Part shown: in pieces, positions 11,601 to 24,379 of the stretch
Position numbering within the stretch: the stretch's first letter is position 1
How the letters are laid out: each line of letters opens with the position of its first letter
From: Antedon mediterranea
Taxonomy: Eukaryota; Animalia; Echinodermata
DNA: 64,000 nt
Direction: 5' to 3'
NCBI RefSeq assembly: GCF_964355755.1
Contig: NC_092670.1
Span: 9,910,201 to 9,974,200 of the forward strand
Notes under the pieces: generated by a model
Told to the model about the DNA's origin: nothing
Database searches by the model: none
What the model saw: the letters and a program-made list of their open reading frames with translations, nothing else
Program-made: the position numbers and the translations under genes

Positions 11601-12902
11601 GTAAGCGGAATACTTGGCACAATGCACTATGAAACTCTGCAGTTGCATTTGTGGGTGTGAAATAAATAAAGTAGGTCTACTCAGTTTGTACAATAGGACT
11701 GTTGTCGTTTGAAACAGAGGTTGCAAGTTAATATTAAAAGCGAATTATTGTAATTTTGTTGTATGAATTTTAATAAGTTTTCTACTGTACTTCATTTAAT
11801 ACTTTAAAGCCTGGTTTTCATAAAATCGCTACACCGTCGCTATCATTAATATCGCTACACCGTCGCTATCATTAATATCGCTACACCGTCGCTATCATTA
11901 ATATCGCTACACCGTCGCTATCATTAATATCGCTACACCGTCGCTATCATTAATATCGCTACACCGTCGCTATCATTAATATCGCTACACCGTCGCTATC
12001 ATTAATATCGCTACACCGTCGCTATCATTAATATCGCTACACCGTTGCTATCATTAATATCGCTACACCGTCTCTATCATTAATATCGCTACACCGTCGC
12101 TATCATTAATATTGCTACACCGTCGCTATCATTAATATCGCTACACCGTAGCTATCATTAATATCGCTACACCGTCGTTATCATTAAAATCGCTACACGC
12201 GCAGATGTCGCCGACGCAATCGGGAAGGCTCCCCGATTCATCGCAATCACATCGGCAAAGTTTAACCATGTTCAATGTTGCCGATGATGTCGGCGATGAA
12301 TTGTATACGCGTACCAAAGAATATTTAGCGCTCGCGTACTAGATCCCCGATAAATTCTAGCGTTTCCATAGAATCGCTACGCTCTGTTGTGTAGCGATTT
12401 AATGGAAATCCGGCTTTAGTTGCATTGCAACAGAAAAAAATACTAAACTATGTTGTTATAGTGTATCCTTTTTCAGTGAGAGGGGTACTGGTTTGATGGC
12501 CCATTTTGTACATACAACTATGGATATAACATGTTCATGTTCTGCAGAAAACTCCCTATCTATTGTTGACAGTAGTATTGTAGGCCTAATGTGGAATGTG
12601 TTCATTATATTTTTTAGGGGAAATTTATCAACACTGGCTTGTGGAGTATTTCACGCCATCCTAACTATTTTGGTGAAATTGTTTTGTGGATCGGTCTCTG
12701 GCTTTCAGCGTCCTCTGTCATGACGGACTGGGATTACTTCAGCGTGCTGTCCCCCATCTTTGTTTGGCTTTTGATTTCCAAAATTTCCGGGATCCCTATT
12801 TTGGAACGACAAGGAATGACTAAATGGGGAGAGGACCCAGATTATTTGATATATATTAAAAAGGTACCGGTCCTTATCCCATTCATTGGAATGAAAAAAT
12901 AA
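8633..12902 (+). CDS. DUF1295 / steroid 5-alpha-reductase-like integral membrane protein, paralogue B (280 aa, 5 coding exons)
   Basis: Exons 8633-8807, 9283-9388, 10099-10202, 10739-10911 and 12618-12902. Intron positions and phases match paralogue A. Motifs TEKFYDLTGSGTF, ETISDIQK, GKFINTGLWSISRHPNYFGE and SGIPILE. Confidence 0.9.
10262..10369. mobile_element. Two 36-bp palindromic CA..TG micro-elements, each with a perfect 7-bp TSD
   Basis: gcaaaac|catagagatattatagtgaactataatatctctatg|gcaaaac and ttaatag|cataaagatattataggtcactataatatctctatg|ttaatag. Confidence 0.75.
11008..11355. mobile_element. Harbinger-like MITE
   Basis: TIR tacc(c)ttttcacatctgca...aaccaggtttg, with TTA on both sides. 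Confidence 0.75.
11808..12415. mobile_element. Harbinger-like MITE with internal 26-bp minisatellite
   Basis: Termini agcctggttttcataaaatcgctacac and gtgtagcgatttaatggaaatccggct, with TAA/TTA flanks. Confidence 0.7.
11825..12198. repeat. 26-bp tandem repeat, about 14 copies
   Basis: Unit atcgctacaccgtcgctatcattaat, near-identical and head-to-tail with no spacers. Confidence 0.95.
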
Positions 12903-12935
12903 TGAAGTGTATACATTAAAGTAAAAAATAACATA

Positions 12936-13581
12936 CCGTATTTATTCAATTAAACGTCCTGGGCGTTTATTATTCAAAAATGTTTTTAGGGAGGTGTTTA
13001 TTATTATGTAAAGGGAGGTTGTTTATTTGAGGGTGTATAATGGTAAGCTACATACTCAAATAAACAGAATTATCAAGAAGTGAGAAAATAAAGTACAAAA
13101 ATGGAATCATAGACTCATCAATACAAATGGGAATGTGTTGTTAAGGCCCATTTACACTAGGACGATAATGGTCGACGATAAGTAGACAAATATGCATTTT
13201 TCATACATAAAACAAAAGAAATATAAAAACTTTTCATTCTAGAACTATAAAATAGCCATCTATGCTTCCTTTGATTAAATGATATTTTCACACGTCTAAT
13301 CAAAGGACGTCATGATTAGTAGGAGCAATAATCAAAGACAGCATAAATGATTATCATATTATAGTTCTAGAACGAAAACCTTTCTAATTTTATTTGTTTT
13401 ATGTAAAAAAAATGCATGTTTTAATATTTATCATCGATCGTTATCGTCCTAGTGTAAATGGGCCTTTATACAGTATTGTGTTGCAGGCCTTTTATTTGAG
13501 GAAAAAACACCCCCGTTTATTCCAAATGATGTTCCATGGGAGATGTTTATTTCAGAGGGGCGTTTGTTTGAATAAATACGG
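12936..13581. mobile_element. Tc1/pogo(Tigger)-like MITE carrying a nested Harbinger-like MITE
   Basis: TA|ccgtatttattcaa...ttgaataaatacgg|TA, with subterminal ggcgtttatt repeats. Confidence 0.8.
13144..13465. mobile_element. Harbinger-like MITE (nested)
   Basis: TTA|aggcccatttacactaggacgataa...ttatcgtcctagtgtaaatgggcct|TTA. Related fragments occur at about 29830-29920 and 53410-53490. Confidence 0.85.
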
Positions 13582-13980
13582 TACAGTATACTCTATACCA
13601 TGGTACACTGTAAGTTTAATATATAGTGCCGCTGTAGGTTAGTTAAAAATGCTTGCCTTTTAGTTTTATAGTTCTTGTTAAAACTCCTTTCTTAAAGGGA
13701 ACGTATGCTATTTATCCCACCTTTGTATGTAATTGTAAACAGGCAAATAGATATTTAGTTCTCTTGGGAGGGGAACCTAGTATGGCAACCTAGTATGACT
13801 TTTGAATACTAGTACGGTACACACTACACTATTTTCCAGAAAATCAAAGCAACATTTGAGATGTTTCAAAAAAGTTTTAATAATTTATGTTTGAGGACAT
13901 CTTAATGGAATTATTAAAAGAAGTGGCTGTTGGTCAACAATGCCAATCACACGGTCAACTCTGCATGTAATTATTTTCTA

Positions 13981-14563
13981 ACAAGGCATTAGACCCATGG
14001 CTGACAATGCAGATAGCCAACAACGCATTACACCCATGGCTGACAATGCAGATAGCCAACAAGGCATTAGACCCATGGCTGGCAATGCAGATAGCCAACA
14101 ACGCATTAGACCCATGGCTGACAATGCAGATAGCCAACAAGGCATTAGACCCATGGCTGACAATGCAGATAGCCAACAAGGCATTAGACCCATGGCTGGC
14201 AATGCAGATAGCCAACAAGGCATTAGACCCATGGCTGACAATGCAGATAGCCAACAAGGCATTAGACCCATGGCTGACAATGCAGATAGCCAACAAGGCA
14301 TTAGACCCATGGCTGACAATGCAGATAGCCAACAAGGCATTAGACCCATGGCTGGCAATGCAGATAGCCAACAAGGCATTAGACCCATGGCTGACAATGC
14401 AGATAGCCAACAACGCATTAGACCCATGGCTGACAATGCAGATAGCCAACAAGGCATTAGACCCATGGCTGACAATGCAGATAGCCAACAAGGCATTAGA
14501 CCCATGGCTGGCAATGCAGATAGCCAACAACGCATTAGACCCATGGCTGACAATGCAGATAGC
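13981..14563. repeat. 39-bp minisatellite, about 15 copies
   Basis: Unit ggcattagacccatggctgacaatgcagatagccaacaa. It generates the four long repetitive ORFs in the track. Confidence 0.97.
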
Positions 14564-15816
14564 CGCTACACCAAATATTGGTCAACCATGAAAAAGTTAC
14601 CTGATGGTGACGGTGCTGCACCAAAAATATTAATCAGCAGCACGGTCAACTGTGAAAACACTACATTATTTGATTGTTGACTGTGCTGATAGCCTTATCC
14701 TTTTAGGAAACCAAAATTACTAGATTTAAAATAAATGTTTAGTAGGTACTATTATCATAGAATAGATATTATATATATTTAAACATTTTTAAAACACGAC
14801 ATATGATATCCGAGTTTTTAATTTCAATTTAACTGTTTATTGTTTGTATTTATACTGGTTTATAATTACCAAAGATTAATTTAAAACTTACAATCTTTTA
14901 TACTGTATTGTATTATTTACTGACCTTTGAAGGTGAATACTGGTATAACGCTCAAATATTTAAATATTTGTTTTGATTTTTGTTTTTATTTACATAAATA
15001 CATAAATAAGCATAGTTTGCTACTTACCTCATTCTTCTGATAATAAAATAGTTGTTTCTAAATTGTTTTGTGAAGTTAAGTTTGTTTTGCAGATGTGCAA
15101 AGTTGTTTTTAATTATGCCAAACCATAAAACCAAAATGCAAGTTTAAAAATGCCTAGCTAGGCCTACAAGTACCTAGGCTCCAAAAGCTTTCCGTGATCT
15201 GTTTTAATGCTAGCAACGTACTGTATGTTGCATGCACGTCAAATGCGTTGTTGAAGCGAAATCAAAACAAACAAGTATTTTAACGCAATTGTTCGCTGAA
15301 CAATGCTGTTATGCAAATTAGTAGAATGTTGACATCATCCATTTACGTGCTTGTGAAAGCTTCCTATTTAATGACACTTTTAGCTGAAAAAATCGGCGTA
15401 ATGTACCGATAAATTTCTTTTGTAAAATAATATTAATGACTTTTGCCGCATGTATTCATAACTATTCACATTTTTTTATAAATTATTGTTACAAAAAAAG
15501 AAAAAAGGATTCATTTAATACATTCTTTGGTACATATATTTATTTTCAATTTTTAAAACTTCCAGAAGCGCTGTCCACTTTCAAATAAATAATTATATTA
15601 TAAAATATTAGCATACAGTATCAACTGTGCTATGGTAACTATATTATTTTAATTGGTAAGATGTTTTGCCCTACTCTGACGTAATTTGTACATTATACTA
15701 AGTACATTGAGAATATGTCAAGTAATTCTCGGTATTATTTTACTACACATTTTTACTTGTACTGTAAGCTATTACACAAGACACTACCCCTTTCCTCCCC
15801 AAAATATTAGAAACCA

Positions 15817-18800
15817 TTATAAGATTGGTTCAGACCCATTCCAATTTACCACAGCACCAGGCCACCTGTGGAGAACAAAACAAAAACTAGGTATTAATAG
15901 TAATAGTAAGATTATTAAACAGCTAAAATCACATTCTTGGGCCAACTTCAATGTTTGGTTCCCCTACATTTCACATTCATTCTGCTTACCTTTTCTTTCC
16001 TCACCTTTGACACTATGTTAGTAGAGTACTCCTAAATATAATTAAGCCTAAACCTCTAAATACCTTCTAGAATACTAAAGTTCATTAACGCCCTAAGCTA
16101 GGCATCTATGGTACTATTATGTATATCATTGTGCGACGTGTGGTGTTTAGAAGGACTGTACTTACTTAGTCCTTATACATAGTTCCAATGGTGGTATAAG
16201 ATCATCTTCGCTTGGTAATTCTGGATTTACTTGTGTTGTGTCTGAAAGATAATATAAAAGTACATAATAGTTTCAACACTAAAGTTGTCTCCAATAATAC
16301 GTATGAATAACTTGTTTCTTCCAATAGTTTTTATTCCTTTTTTAAATTTGGGGTTCAATACGGCTAAGTTTTAAGCTAGGAAGGGAGTTATAATAAAACT
16401 TTGTTTTTGCTGTGTTATATGGAATGTAATCTATCTTGAGTAATCATTTGCATGGTCGATTATGGTCGATTGTTAAGAAAAAATATGTTCACATCTACTG
16501 TATTGCCTTATGAATTTAAATTTCTTTTTTTATTCCATTTCTGTTACAGTACTTACCAACTGTAAGCCTAATCTCTTCATCTTGCCTAGCTAGGCCATCG
16601 TAGTAGTAAAGGTCAAAACGTCTTTCAACCCTCCAGTCACTAATGAGCTCCTTCTTCAGGCAGAAGAGTACACTGAAGTGGCTCTCACTGCACACCACCC
16701 AGATAGGGTATTTAGGTGTCTTGTAGTATCTTCCAACCTAGATTTATAATGTTAATGTTTAAATGCTGTTTACACTGTCTCTCTGGCAAAAAAATATGGC
16801 TTTAATTGTATATTATGTAATTCACTTTACCATAGAAATATGATCAGTTAACAAAATGTAAATGTAGTATCGTAAAAATAAGTGAAGGCTCCCTCTCTCA
16901 TTGGCTGATAAAAAGATTATCCTCACCTCACAGGATTTGTAATGCTCAAATAGAGAAACAAGTCCAATATCACTACGCCTGCTTAACCCCTTGAGTAGCA
17001 TACTGTCTGTGCCACCAGAATCTAGTTCCATTATATCATTGAACACATTTGAGACGGCTTCACCGGTTAAATACAAGTTCACCATTTCCTGTTGATAATA
17101 ATATTTATTCGGTCACCAATGGAAAAATAACCAGGAGAATAGACTAAATCCCAAATAGATTCTCCACTCTATAAATACAAACAGTTTAAATACAACCTCA
17201 TATACAAGAAAATGAAATAATTGTAACAAAAATAAAACTATACATAATATGAAATAAAGTGTTTTGTTAGAGCAGCCTTAAATATTGAAATTCTTTGAAA
17301 TTTGGTATTTTCTCTTATAGTCTAGGGAAGGAAACAAATACAAAAATATGAAAAGTATTGCCTTTCGAATTCCAACATAAAAGCCTACCCGGACATCTTT
17401 CACTAGTTTTAATGTACTCATTGAAAGATGAGGTCAATTTTAGAGGGTTGTAACGTGTTGCCTACAAGTACTTGATGCCTGGGTTCAAATTATTTTGAAA
17501 AGCAGATGTTTTTTCCCATTTTAGCTTAATAAGGCCTAAAATTATTCTTCCCAAGCTGGACATTTATGGTTAGGGGTTTTTAGGTAATGTTAAATGTAAA
17601 TGCACAGAAAAAAAAAACAGTGTACAGTACACACTCAACCCATGTTGGAAAAAATCTTGTTTTTCTATCAGTATAAAATCATTGATGTTTAAAATTACCT
17701 GGGTACAATAGCCATGAGCTCCCATAAGCTTATTTGTTGGTTCATCCATGTCTACAATAATTCTGAAAGCACAAGTTTTTATTTTCTTTCTCACACATTG
17801 CAGAGATAAATGTTCTGGTAACACCCCCAAGAGGTCCCAATTCATATATTTATAGTAAACAAATTGATTTTTTAGTGGGCGACGGTACGACAACTCAAAA
17901 TATTGGGAACCTCCTGCAATTTTCTGGAGACTTGGGAGGTCTGCACCCCACCATTATTAATTAATTTCTTGTATTATTATACATACTTATCAACAGTTCT
18001 TGAGAATATGACTGAATATAAGCTGAGAATTACTCCTGGGCTGTTTTGCCCCTCAAATGCACCGATGTTTGCTTTCAAAAAGTTTGATAAATCTTCATAT
18101 GTCGAAAATGTGTTCAAATTCAACTGAAATCGAAAAGGTCTAAAATTAGAAACAAATTACAATGCATTGAAGTATGTATCTGGGTTTTTATTAGCCAAGC
18201 CAGATAATATCCACAAATTCTATATATTTACAGTATCATGCAACCTTTGACCCTCCTACCTTAATTCCCATCCTACCCCGCACTGTCTTGGTAGACTTAC
18301 CGTTTCAGTAAGGTTATCTGCTTTATATCTTCCACCACAAGTGAAAACTGTTCGACCAGATGACCTGGTGAAAAAAGTCGGTAAACAATAAATAACTTAG
18401 GTATTAAGAAACATTGATATTTCACTTTGTAAAATTGTTAAATTGTATAAATACATTATGGTAATTTACATATTCAGGCAGGTGTGCCAATATAGATAGA
18501 AGGCAATATGTTTAAGTTGCATATCAAAGGTAGATACTGGAATGATGGGAAGGTAGAAAATAAACATAATAAATTCCATGAGGACCCACAAGCATACAGT
18601 TGCACTTTTTCTGCTACCTGCCCGCCAGAATATATCCGCTAGGCCACCAGCAAGACATTGAGATCGTTCAGTAGGGAGTGGCTGAAGGCTTGCTGAGCTG
18701 GCATGCTTTCTTTCTCCAAACAGCAACTGTTGCAACATGCAGGCCTGGACAGATGCTAATATACCACAAGGACCACCCTAAAAAAGATTTTAAAGAATTT

Positions 18801-21800
18801 AATATTAACATTTTTAATAACAGAATCCGGGTCATCATAATGTGGTCCATATTTAGGAGAACATTATATTATATATAAATATATTAAAGGTGGTACATTT
18901 TAGTCTTTGTACTGGACTGGTTTTCTTAACATGGACACGTGATTGGTTGAAAGAGCTTCATATGATTAAGTGCATTTAAAATTATTTCAGAATGTTGGAA
19001 TGTTGGAGACACATCTAGCTGGCCATAGTTTTAACCAAAAACTATATTGAAGGCAAAGTATAGAGTATCGCGATGTGACGTCACAATTATAGAGTGCGCT
19101 GCATAGTTGCTAGCCAACCAGAAAATGCGTTCAACGCTACTATGTTGATAAACTGTATAGATCTGTACTTCAATTATGTATCTTAGCTTGATTTTTATAA
19201 ACTTAAACTGTAGTTGAAGAATAAATAGATTATTAAAAACAAATATTTCGTGATCTTTTGAAATTTTAGTTTGTTTTTATTGAAAATTATTAAGTTTTAA
19301 AATGACAACTTCAATTCCAAACCATTGGTGACCTGAGAATCATTCAGGCAGGTTGAACGCATTTTTTGGTTGGCTAGCAACCATGCAGCGCCACCTACCG
19401 TCGTGACGTCTCAGCACCGTGATACTCTATATTTGTATACTCTATTCTGTGTGTGTCTTACCTTGTGTTGGACGATACCATACTCTAGCCGTGCTGCATT
19501 TGAAAAGCCAAAACCTTGCTTGTACCATTCATCATTGAATGCTGATTGCGAGGTTCCAAATATTAAATTCTTTAGTTCCTATAAAGTTTAAAAAAAAAAT
19601 ATTTTAATATATTGCTACTTTTAATACTTCAAAGTTTTTGTTAATGCAATAATGTACATGTACCAACAATCACTTTCAAAATTCTCAACTCAGCTGTGAC
19701 CTAAAGCATAGTTTAACGCTTTCTACCCAGCCTCAAAGCACCTTCCCAAAAAAATTCTTTTATCCACTCACATCACATATATCGCCTATCTGTTTTATAC
19801 AAATTTATTTGATTTTACTTTTTATATACTTTACCATTGCTTCATTCAAGGTGATTGGCTTAGAGCTAAAATTAATTTTGCTTTGCAATCCAGAAGGCAT
19901 TGTCTTTGGTCCAACTTTCTCTGTTATGCCATCATCCAGATCATCCAAATCTCCAAGCTCAACATCTCCCAGTGTAGTGGATTTCTCTCTCATTTTAGTG
20001 CTGGATTTTCTCCTTCGACTCTGTGGTCTTTCCGGCATAGAATCCCCATCCAGTTCCCTGCTTTTTCTAAGGTCTTGGTTCTCGTCTTTTTTGGAGTCTT
20101 TCTCATTTTTTTTCTTTTCTTTTAGTTTTGAGCTCCTCGAATTGGCGGCTATCAGTAAGTCTTGAAAGGAGTCTGTAGATGATTTAGTGTCTGTTTTATT
20201 GCTCTTTTTATCTGTGAGGTAATCATCAACTATATGAGTACTGTACTCAGACGTGATGTCATTGTCAAAGGTCAAAGAAGCATTTCCAGATATGTTTGCG
20301 GAAGTTTTCTTTTTATTTTTTCGACTTTTATCCTGCAAAGATAAAAAAAAATATTACATGTAAATATTGTATTCATACAGTAATAAATAAAGAATTTGTT
20401 ATGTGTTGGAAGAAAGAAAATTGACTACAATTAATGTTTTGATATAAAATTAGACAGTGTAGGCATTTGTTCCAGTCATCATCATTACAATTGTTTTTGT
20501 TTAAATCCAGTATAGGGCTGTGGCCTTACTTAAATGCATGGGCTTTTTCCAGTTGCTACTGAGTTGAAATTATTTGTTAAAAAAGTCTAAAAAATAGGCT
20601 AGGTAAAATAATTTGGTTGTGCAGTTACGTCTAGACAAATATTCCTTGTCATGCATAAAAAGAAAAAATTAGTTGCTACGAAACTTACATCTAGATTACT
20701 AGTAATAGGACCAGACATTCCTCGTCGCCTTGAGCTTGAGGGCCTACTTGTAGCTTGTGCAGGGGCTTCTGTTCTTGAGCTATTTTGATGAAAAGATTGC
20801 CTAGGCTTGTTGTCATCTTCATTATCAAACCTAGAGCCAGGCCTCTGAGCTGGCATGTGTATTACAGTGGCTTTGGCTGCTTTCCTGCCTGACACATCTT
20901 CTGGAGGTAACCCACTAAAAGCTGATAAGAAAAAAAGGTTTATTTAAATTTACAATATTGATTAATTTGTATTGTAAGTACAGTAAAATAATCAGAAAAT
21001 TCTAATAAAAAACAGATACTAATACTTATTTCACTAGACAACAACTGATTGGACTATGAGATCTCACTATTGTATGTGAAAATTAATGTAGAAATTTAAA
21101 ATTAATACATTTTTAAAGATGGTGTAAGGTTAATTTTTTACTTCTAAATGCAGTCAAGTCAAAAAAAAATTAATGTGAAAATCCACTAGCAGATTCTCAG
21201 TACTGTATGTATAAATTGTCCAGTATCATAGGAAAATTCTGTAATCCAACGTCACATATGGCACATATGATGCCTGTAATAGGCCATCACTGTGGTACAT
21301 ATGGAACACTGTATTACAGAATGTACATGATACTAATTGTGCTATTATTATGTGGAGATACAGTATAAAGAAAATCAGGTGAATCTTTAATTTATATTTA
21401 CTGTAATATTATTATATAATAATTTATTTCCCACATAGTTTTTCAAATCATCTATCATTATGCAATTTTTATTCAAAATCAAAAACTACTGTATTCCTTA
21501 CCAAGTTCACTTTGATCGTACAGAGCAGATGTCTTGTTAGCATTACCGCCAGATAGTGAAGCACCGGAAGAGCTCTGGGTTGGAACAGTGCTGTTCTTAC
21601 TGCTATGTTTCTCCAGAAAATATTTAGTTATAATTTCTATCATGGACCTTAGTGGTTCCTCCTGTTCCTGAGAATTAAGAATATTCATATGGTTAATTTA
21701 AATATTTATGAAAATTTATTTAATTTTTAAATATTCATGATAATAAAAAGTATTTTGAAAATTCAACTCTAACTTAACAGCCATGTTGATTTTTAAATAA

Positions 21801-22504
21801 ACTAGTGACTATTTTCATTTTTCTGCAATCCGACAGATCATTTTTATCATTTATGAAATATTTAGCGCACCCCCCCCCCCCCCCCCCCACCCCCCAATCT
21901 ATTATGCTGGATCCGCCCTTTATATTCACATTTGTGGTTTATCACTTACTTTATTTTTCTTCATCAAATTATTGATATGGATTTCCTTAGCAAGTTGTGA
22001 ACGATTACTTATACTATAATCGTTCCTAGGTAATTCTTTGTCCATTGACTGAAGAGTAGCTTTAAGGCTCTGGATAAAAAAACAAATATAATACAGTATT
22101 ACTTTTTTTTATTATGATGATTTTATTTTAATAATAAATTAATATTACTTATGATAAATGGCTAGGGCCTATTATAAGGTAGTCCTCTATCTAGTTAGTA
22201 GTCTCCCTGTACTTGGCATAATAAGTCAAATTAAATAGGTAGGCCTAAGTCATTTCTTAGTCTAGATAAGCAAACTAGATAAACACAATATTTATAGATA
22301 AGCCTAGGGCTAGGCAAAGCGTGTCTAGTACTAAGCTAGCTATAAATTATGGCAGACCTCATTTGCGTCAGTGCGCCATGGTAACATGACACAGTGAAAG
22401 GCTTGATGATTGCCAGCAGACGGGTTGGTGGTATTTACCTTTCTACTGAGATATTCTCGAACCAATGATGCCGAAACACTTTCCACGTATTCATTTTGAA
22501 TCAT
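15817..22504 (-). CDS. MINDY4: Probable ubiquitin carboxyl-terminal hydrolase MINDY-4 (FAM188B), 706 aa, 14 exons
   Basis: Exons 22504-22439, 22069-21950, 21667-21502, 20921-20689, 20332-19835, 19578-19462, 18777-18590, 18364-18301, 18123-17987, 17762-17699, 17088-16927, 16737-16557, 16241-16166 and 15865-15817. The N-terminus [16 protein letters not shown], catalytic [42 protein letters not shown] and C-terminus WNGSEPIL* match MINDY4. Confidence 0.95.
17096..17330 (-). mobile_element. CR1/L2-type LINE 3' remnant in MINDY4 intron 10
   Basis: The minus strand reads LP*TIRE...[15 protein letters not shown], then a hairpin ggagaat...attctcc, AATAAA and a (tat)n tail. Confidence 0.55.
19060..19431. 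mobile_element. MITE with about 75-bp TIRs in MINDY4 intron 6
   Basis: tatagagtatc..gtgacgtcac..gttgctagccaaccagaaaatgcgttcaac pairs with gttgaacgcattttttggttggctagcaac..gtgacgtc..gatactctata. Superfamily unclear. Confidence 0.8.
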
Positions 22505-23985
22505 CTTGGCTGATTCAATTATTTAAATTAATCTCTAATTTGATGCATTAAAGTGATATTCCTGCTAGGCCTAGGCCCACTCATTAACAATTTAGCTACG
22601 GGACAAGAGAGCTGAGTTTGCCGCGCGGAAAATTAGATTACTGCTAAACAAAAACAGGCTGTAGAGGGCCCACTTTAGTAAATATGACCACCACCAAAGA
22701 TAGTGTCTTTGCCACCACCAAAGATAACACTATCAGTCTTTGATATGACTAAAATTGTGTGATAAATTCAAAACAATGACGCAAGATAAGATCAATGTTT
22801 CAGAACTATTTTTAATTCGAAAAATAAAACACATTTTTGGATACCTTTATAAATACAGAATCACATGATTATTGAGATGGGCATTTTTAGAACATCAGCC
22901 TCTATTTATGAACACAAATACAAAAGTAGGCCTATTGAATACTTAAATAAAATAACACAAATGCGATCATTTTAGTTAAAAAAGGAAAATTATTAGTTTA
23001 GGCCTATGTTATATCATTTAATATAAATAATGCCACACATGACATTTAGGAATGTGCCTTTTGGTAGCCTACGTTCTATACAAATTATGCAATTTAGCCT
23101 ACCAAGATAAGCTTAGGAAAATCGTAGAATTTAAGAGCTGCGCTTAATTATTGGACCGAGTGACTAAATTTATCATTTACTGTGTATTTATTTAGTTTTA
23201 TCATCGATGCATACAGTCCATTCACAACAGATATTACCACTGTCATCTGTTGCCAATGTCTGAAGAATCCATGAATGGAGCTATAAAGAAAAACACAATG
23301 CGTTAATTCACCTGAAAAATAGCTCAGTCTGTACATTGAAATACTATCTTGTATTTTCGGAAAGAACAAATATTATTTTAACACGTAAATGATAATTTAC
23401 ATTATATTATATTCTTATTATTGTCTGTAGGCCTATATCCCATATATCCTTATTCCATATCTCACAGTCTGCTTAATTCTTAATTTAGCTTCACAAAAAA
23501 TAAACCACATGTTTTGTTTCTCGTGGGTTCGCTTCTGTTTTTGCCTCCGATGCTCGTGTCGTGTGATAGTTTTCATTTTGCTGCTTTTCATTTTGTTGGT
23601 TTTTATAGGCCTAGACTTTTTAAATGTCTTACTTGGTAAATATTTATATGAAATAGTTTGTAATTGTTTTGTACAAAAAATCCCATTTTTTTTTTTTTTG
23701 GCTGGTATGGATTTTTATTTGCATTGAATTGCTTTGATGTTTTATATTCAATGTAGAAATCAAGATACTGTGTCGGGATCATTATATCTGTAATTATTAC
23801 CGTAGATTTACTGTTCAGGATACGATATTTTTTTGTTCGCGGAAAGAATAAAAATAACCGTATAATATATGTTTACGTTTTTTGCATTTTGTCTACATAA
23901 ATATTGTCGCTATCGCTTTTTTTTTGTTATATCGTATGAAAGAACCATTTTATTCGGAAAGAAACAAGATAATAATATAGTATTA

Positions 23986-24069
23986 TGATAGTTCGTTGAG
24001 TGTAACTTTGCAGTATAACTTATATTTTACCTTACGTTTCAAGATAGTTTACAGTCAACGAACTATCAT
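23986..24069. mobile_element. Short foldback element
   Basis: atgatagttcgttgagtgtaa pairs with ttacagtcaacgaactatcat. Confidence 0.6.
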
Positions 24070-24132
24070 ATTAATATACCAATAAAAGCATAAGCAAATG
24101 TTTTCACTAATAATATAGTAGTATCAACTATA

Positions 24133-24250
24133 GGAGGAGTGGTTAGGACACTTGACTGTCACATAGAGAGACCTGGGTTCAATTAATTCCCATTCTACTC
24201 AGTTGTAAAATGAGTACCTGGTTGAAAATACTAGGGAGAATAAAGCGGCG
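24133..24250 (+). mobile_element. tRNA-derived SINE (head plus conserved central segment)
   Basis: gagtggttaggacacttgactgtcacatagagagacctgggttcaatt followed by ctcagttgtaaaatgagtacctgg. Same family as 5455-5517. Confidence 0.7.
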
Positions 24251-24379
24251 TAAAGAAGGACCAGTAAAAAAAATCAAAAAGTAAATATTTACAACAATAC
24301 ACTTGATCTGGACTCAAGTGATTGAGAAGAATTGAAACTTTAGCAGCCAACATTTCACGAATGAACATTTTAAATCCCC

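Noticed and set aside
11825-12198. CRISPR-like array (26-bp repeats)
   Set aside because: The repeats are head-to-tail with no unique spacers, there are no cas genes, and the array lies inside a eukaryotic intron and MITE.
7260-12902. C-terminal KK of both DUF1295 proteins as an ER-retrieval signal
   Set aside because: The lysines are at -1/-2, not the canonical KKxx or KxKxx positions.
13955-14591. Long repetitive ORFs as protein-coding genes
   Set aside because: They arise from a 39-bp unit open in several frames on both strands, with no splice context or recognisable domain.
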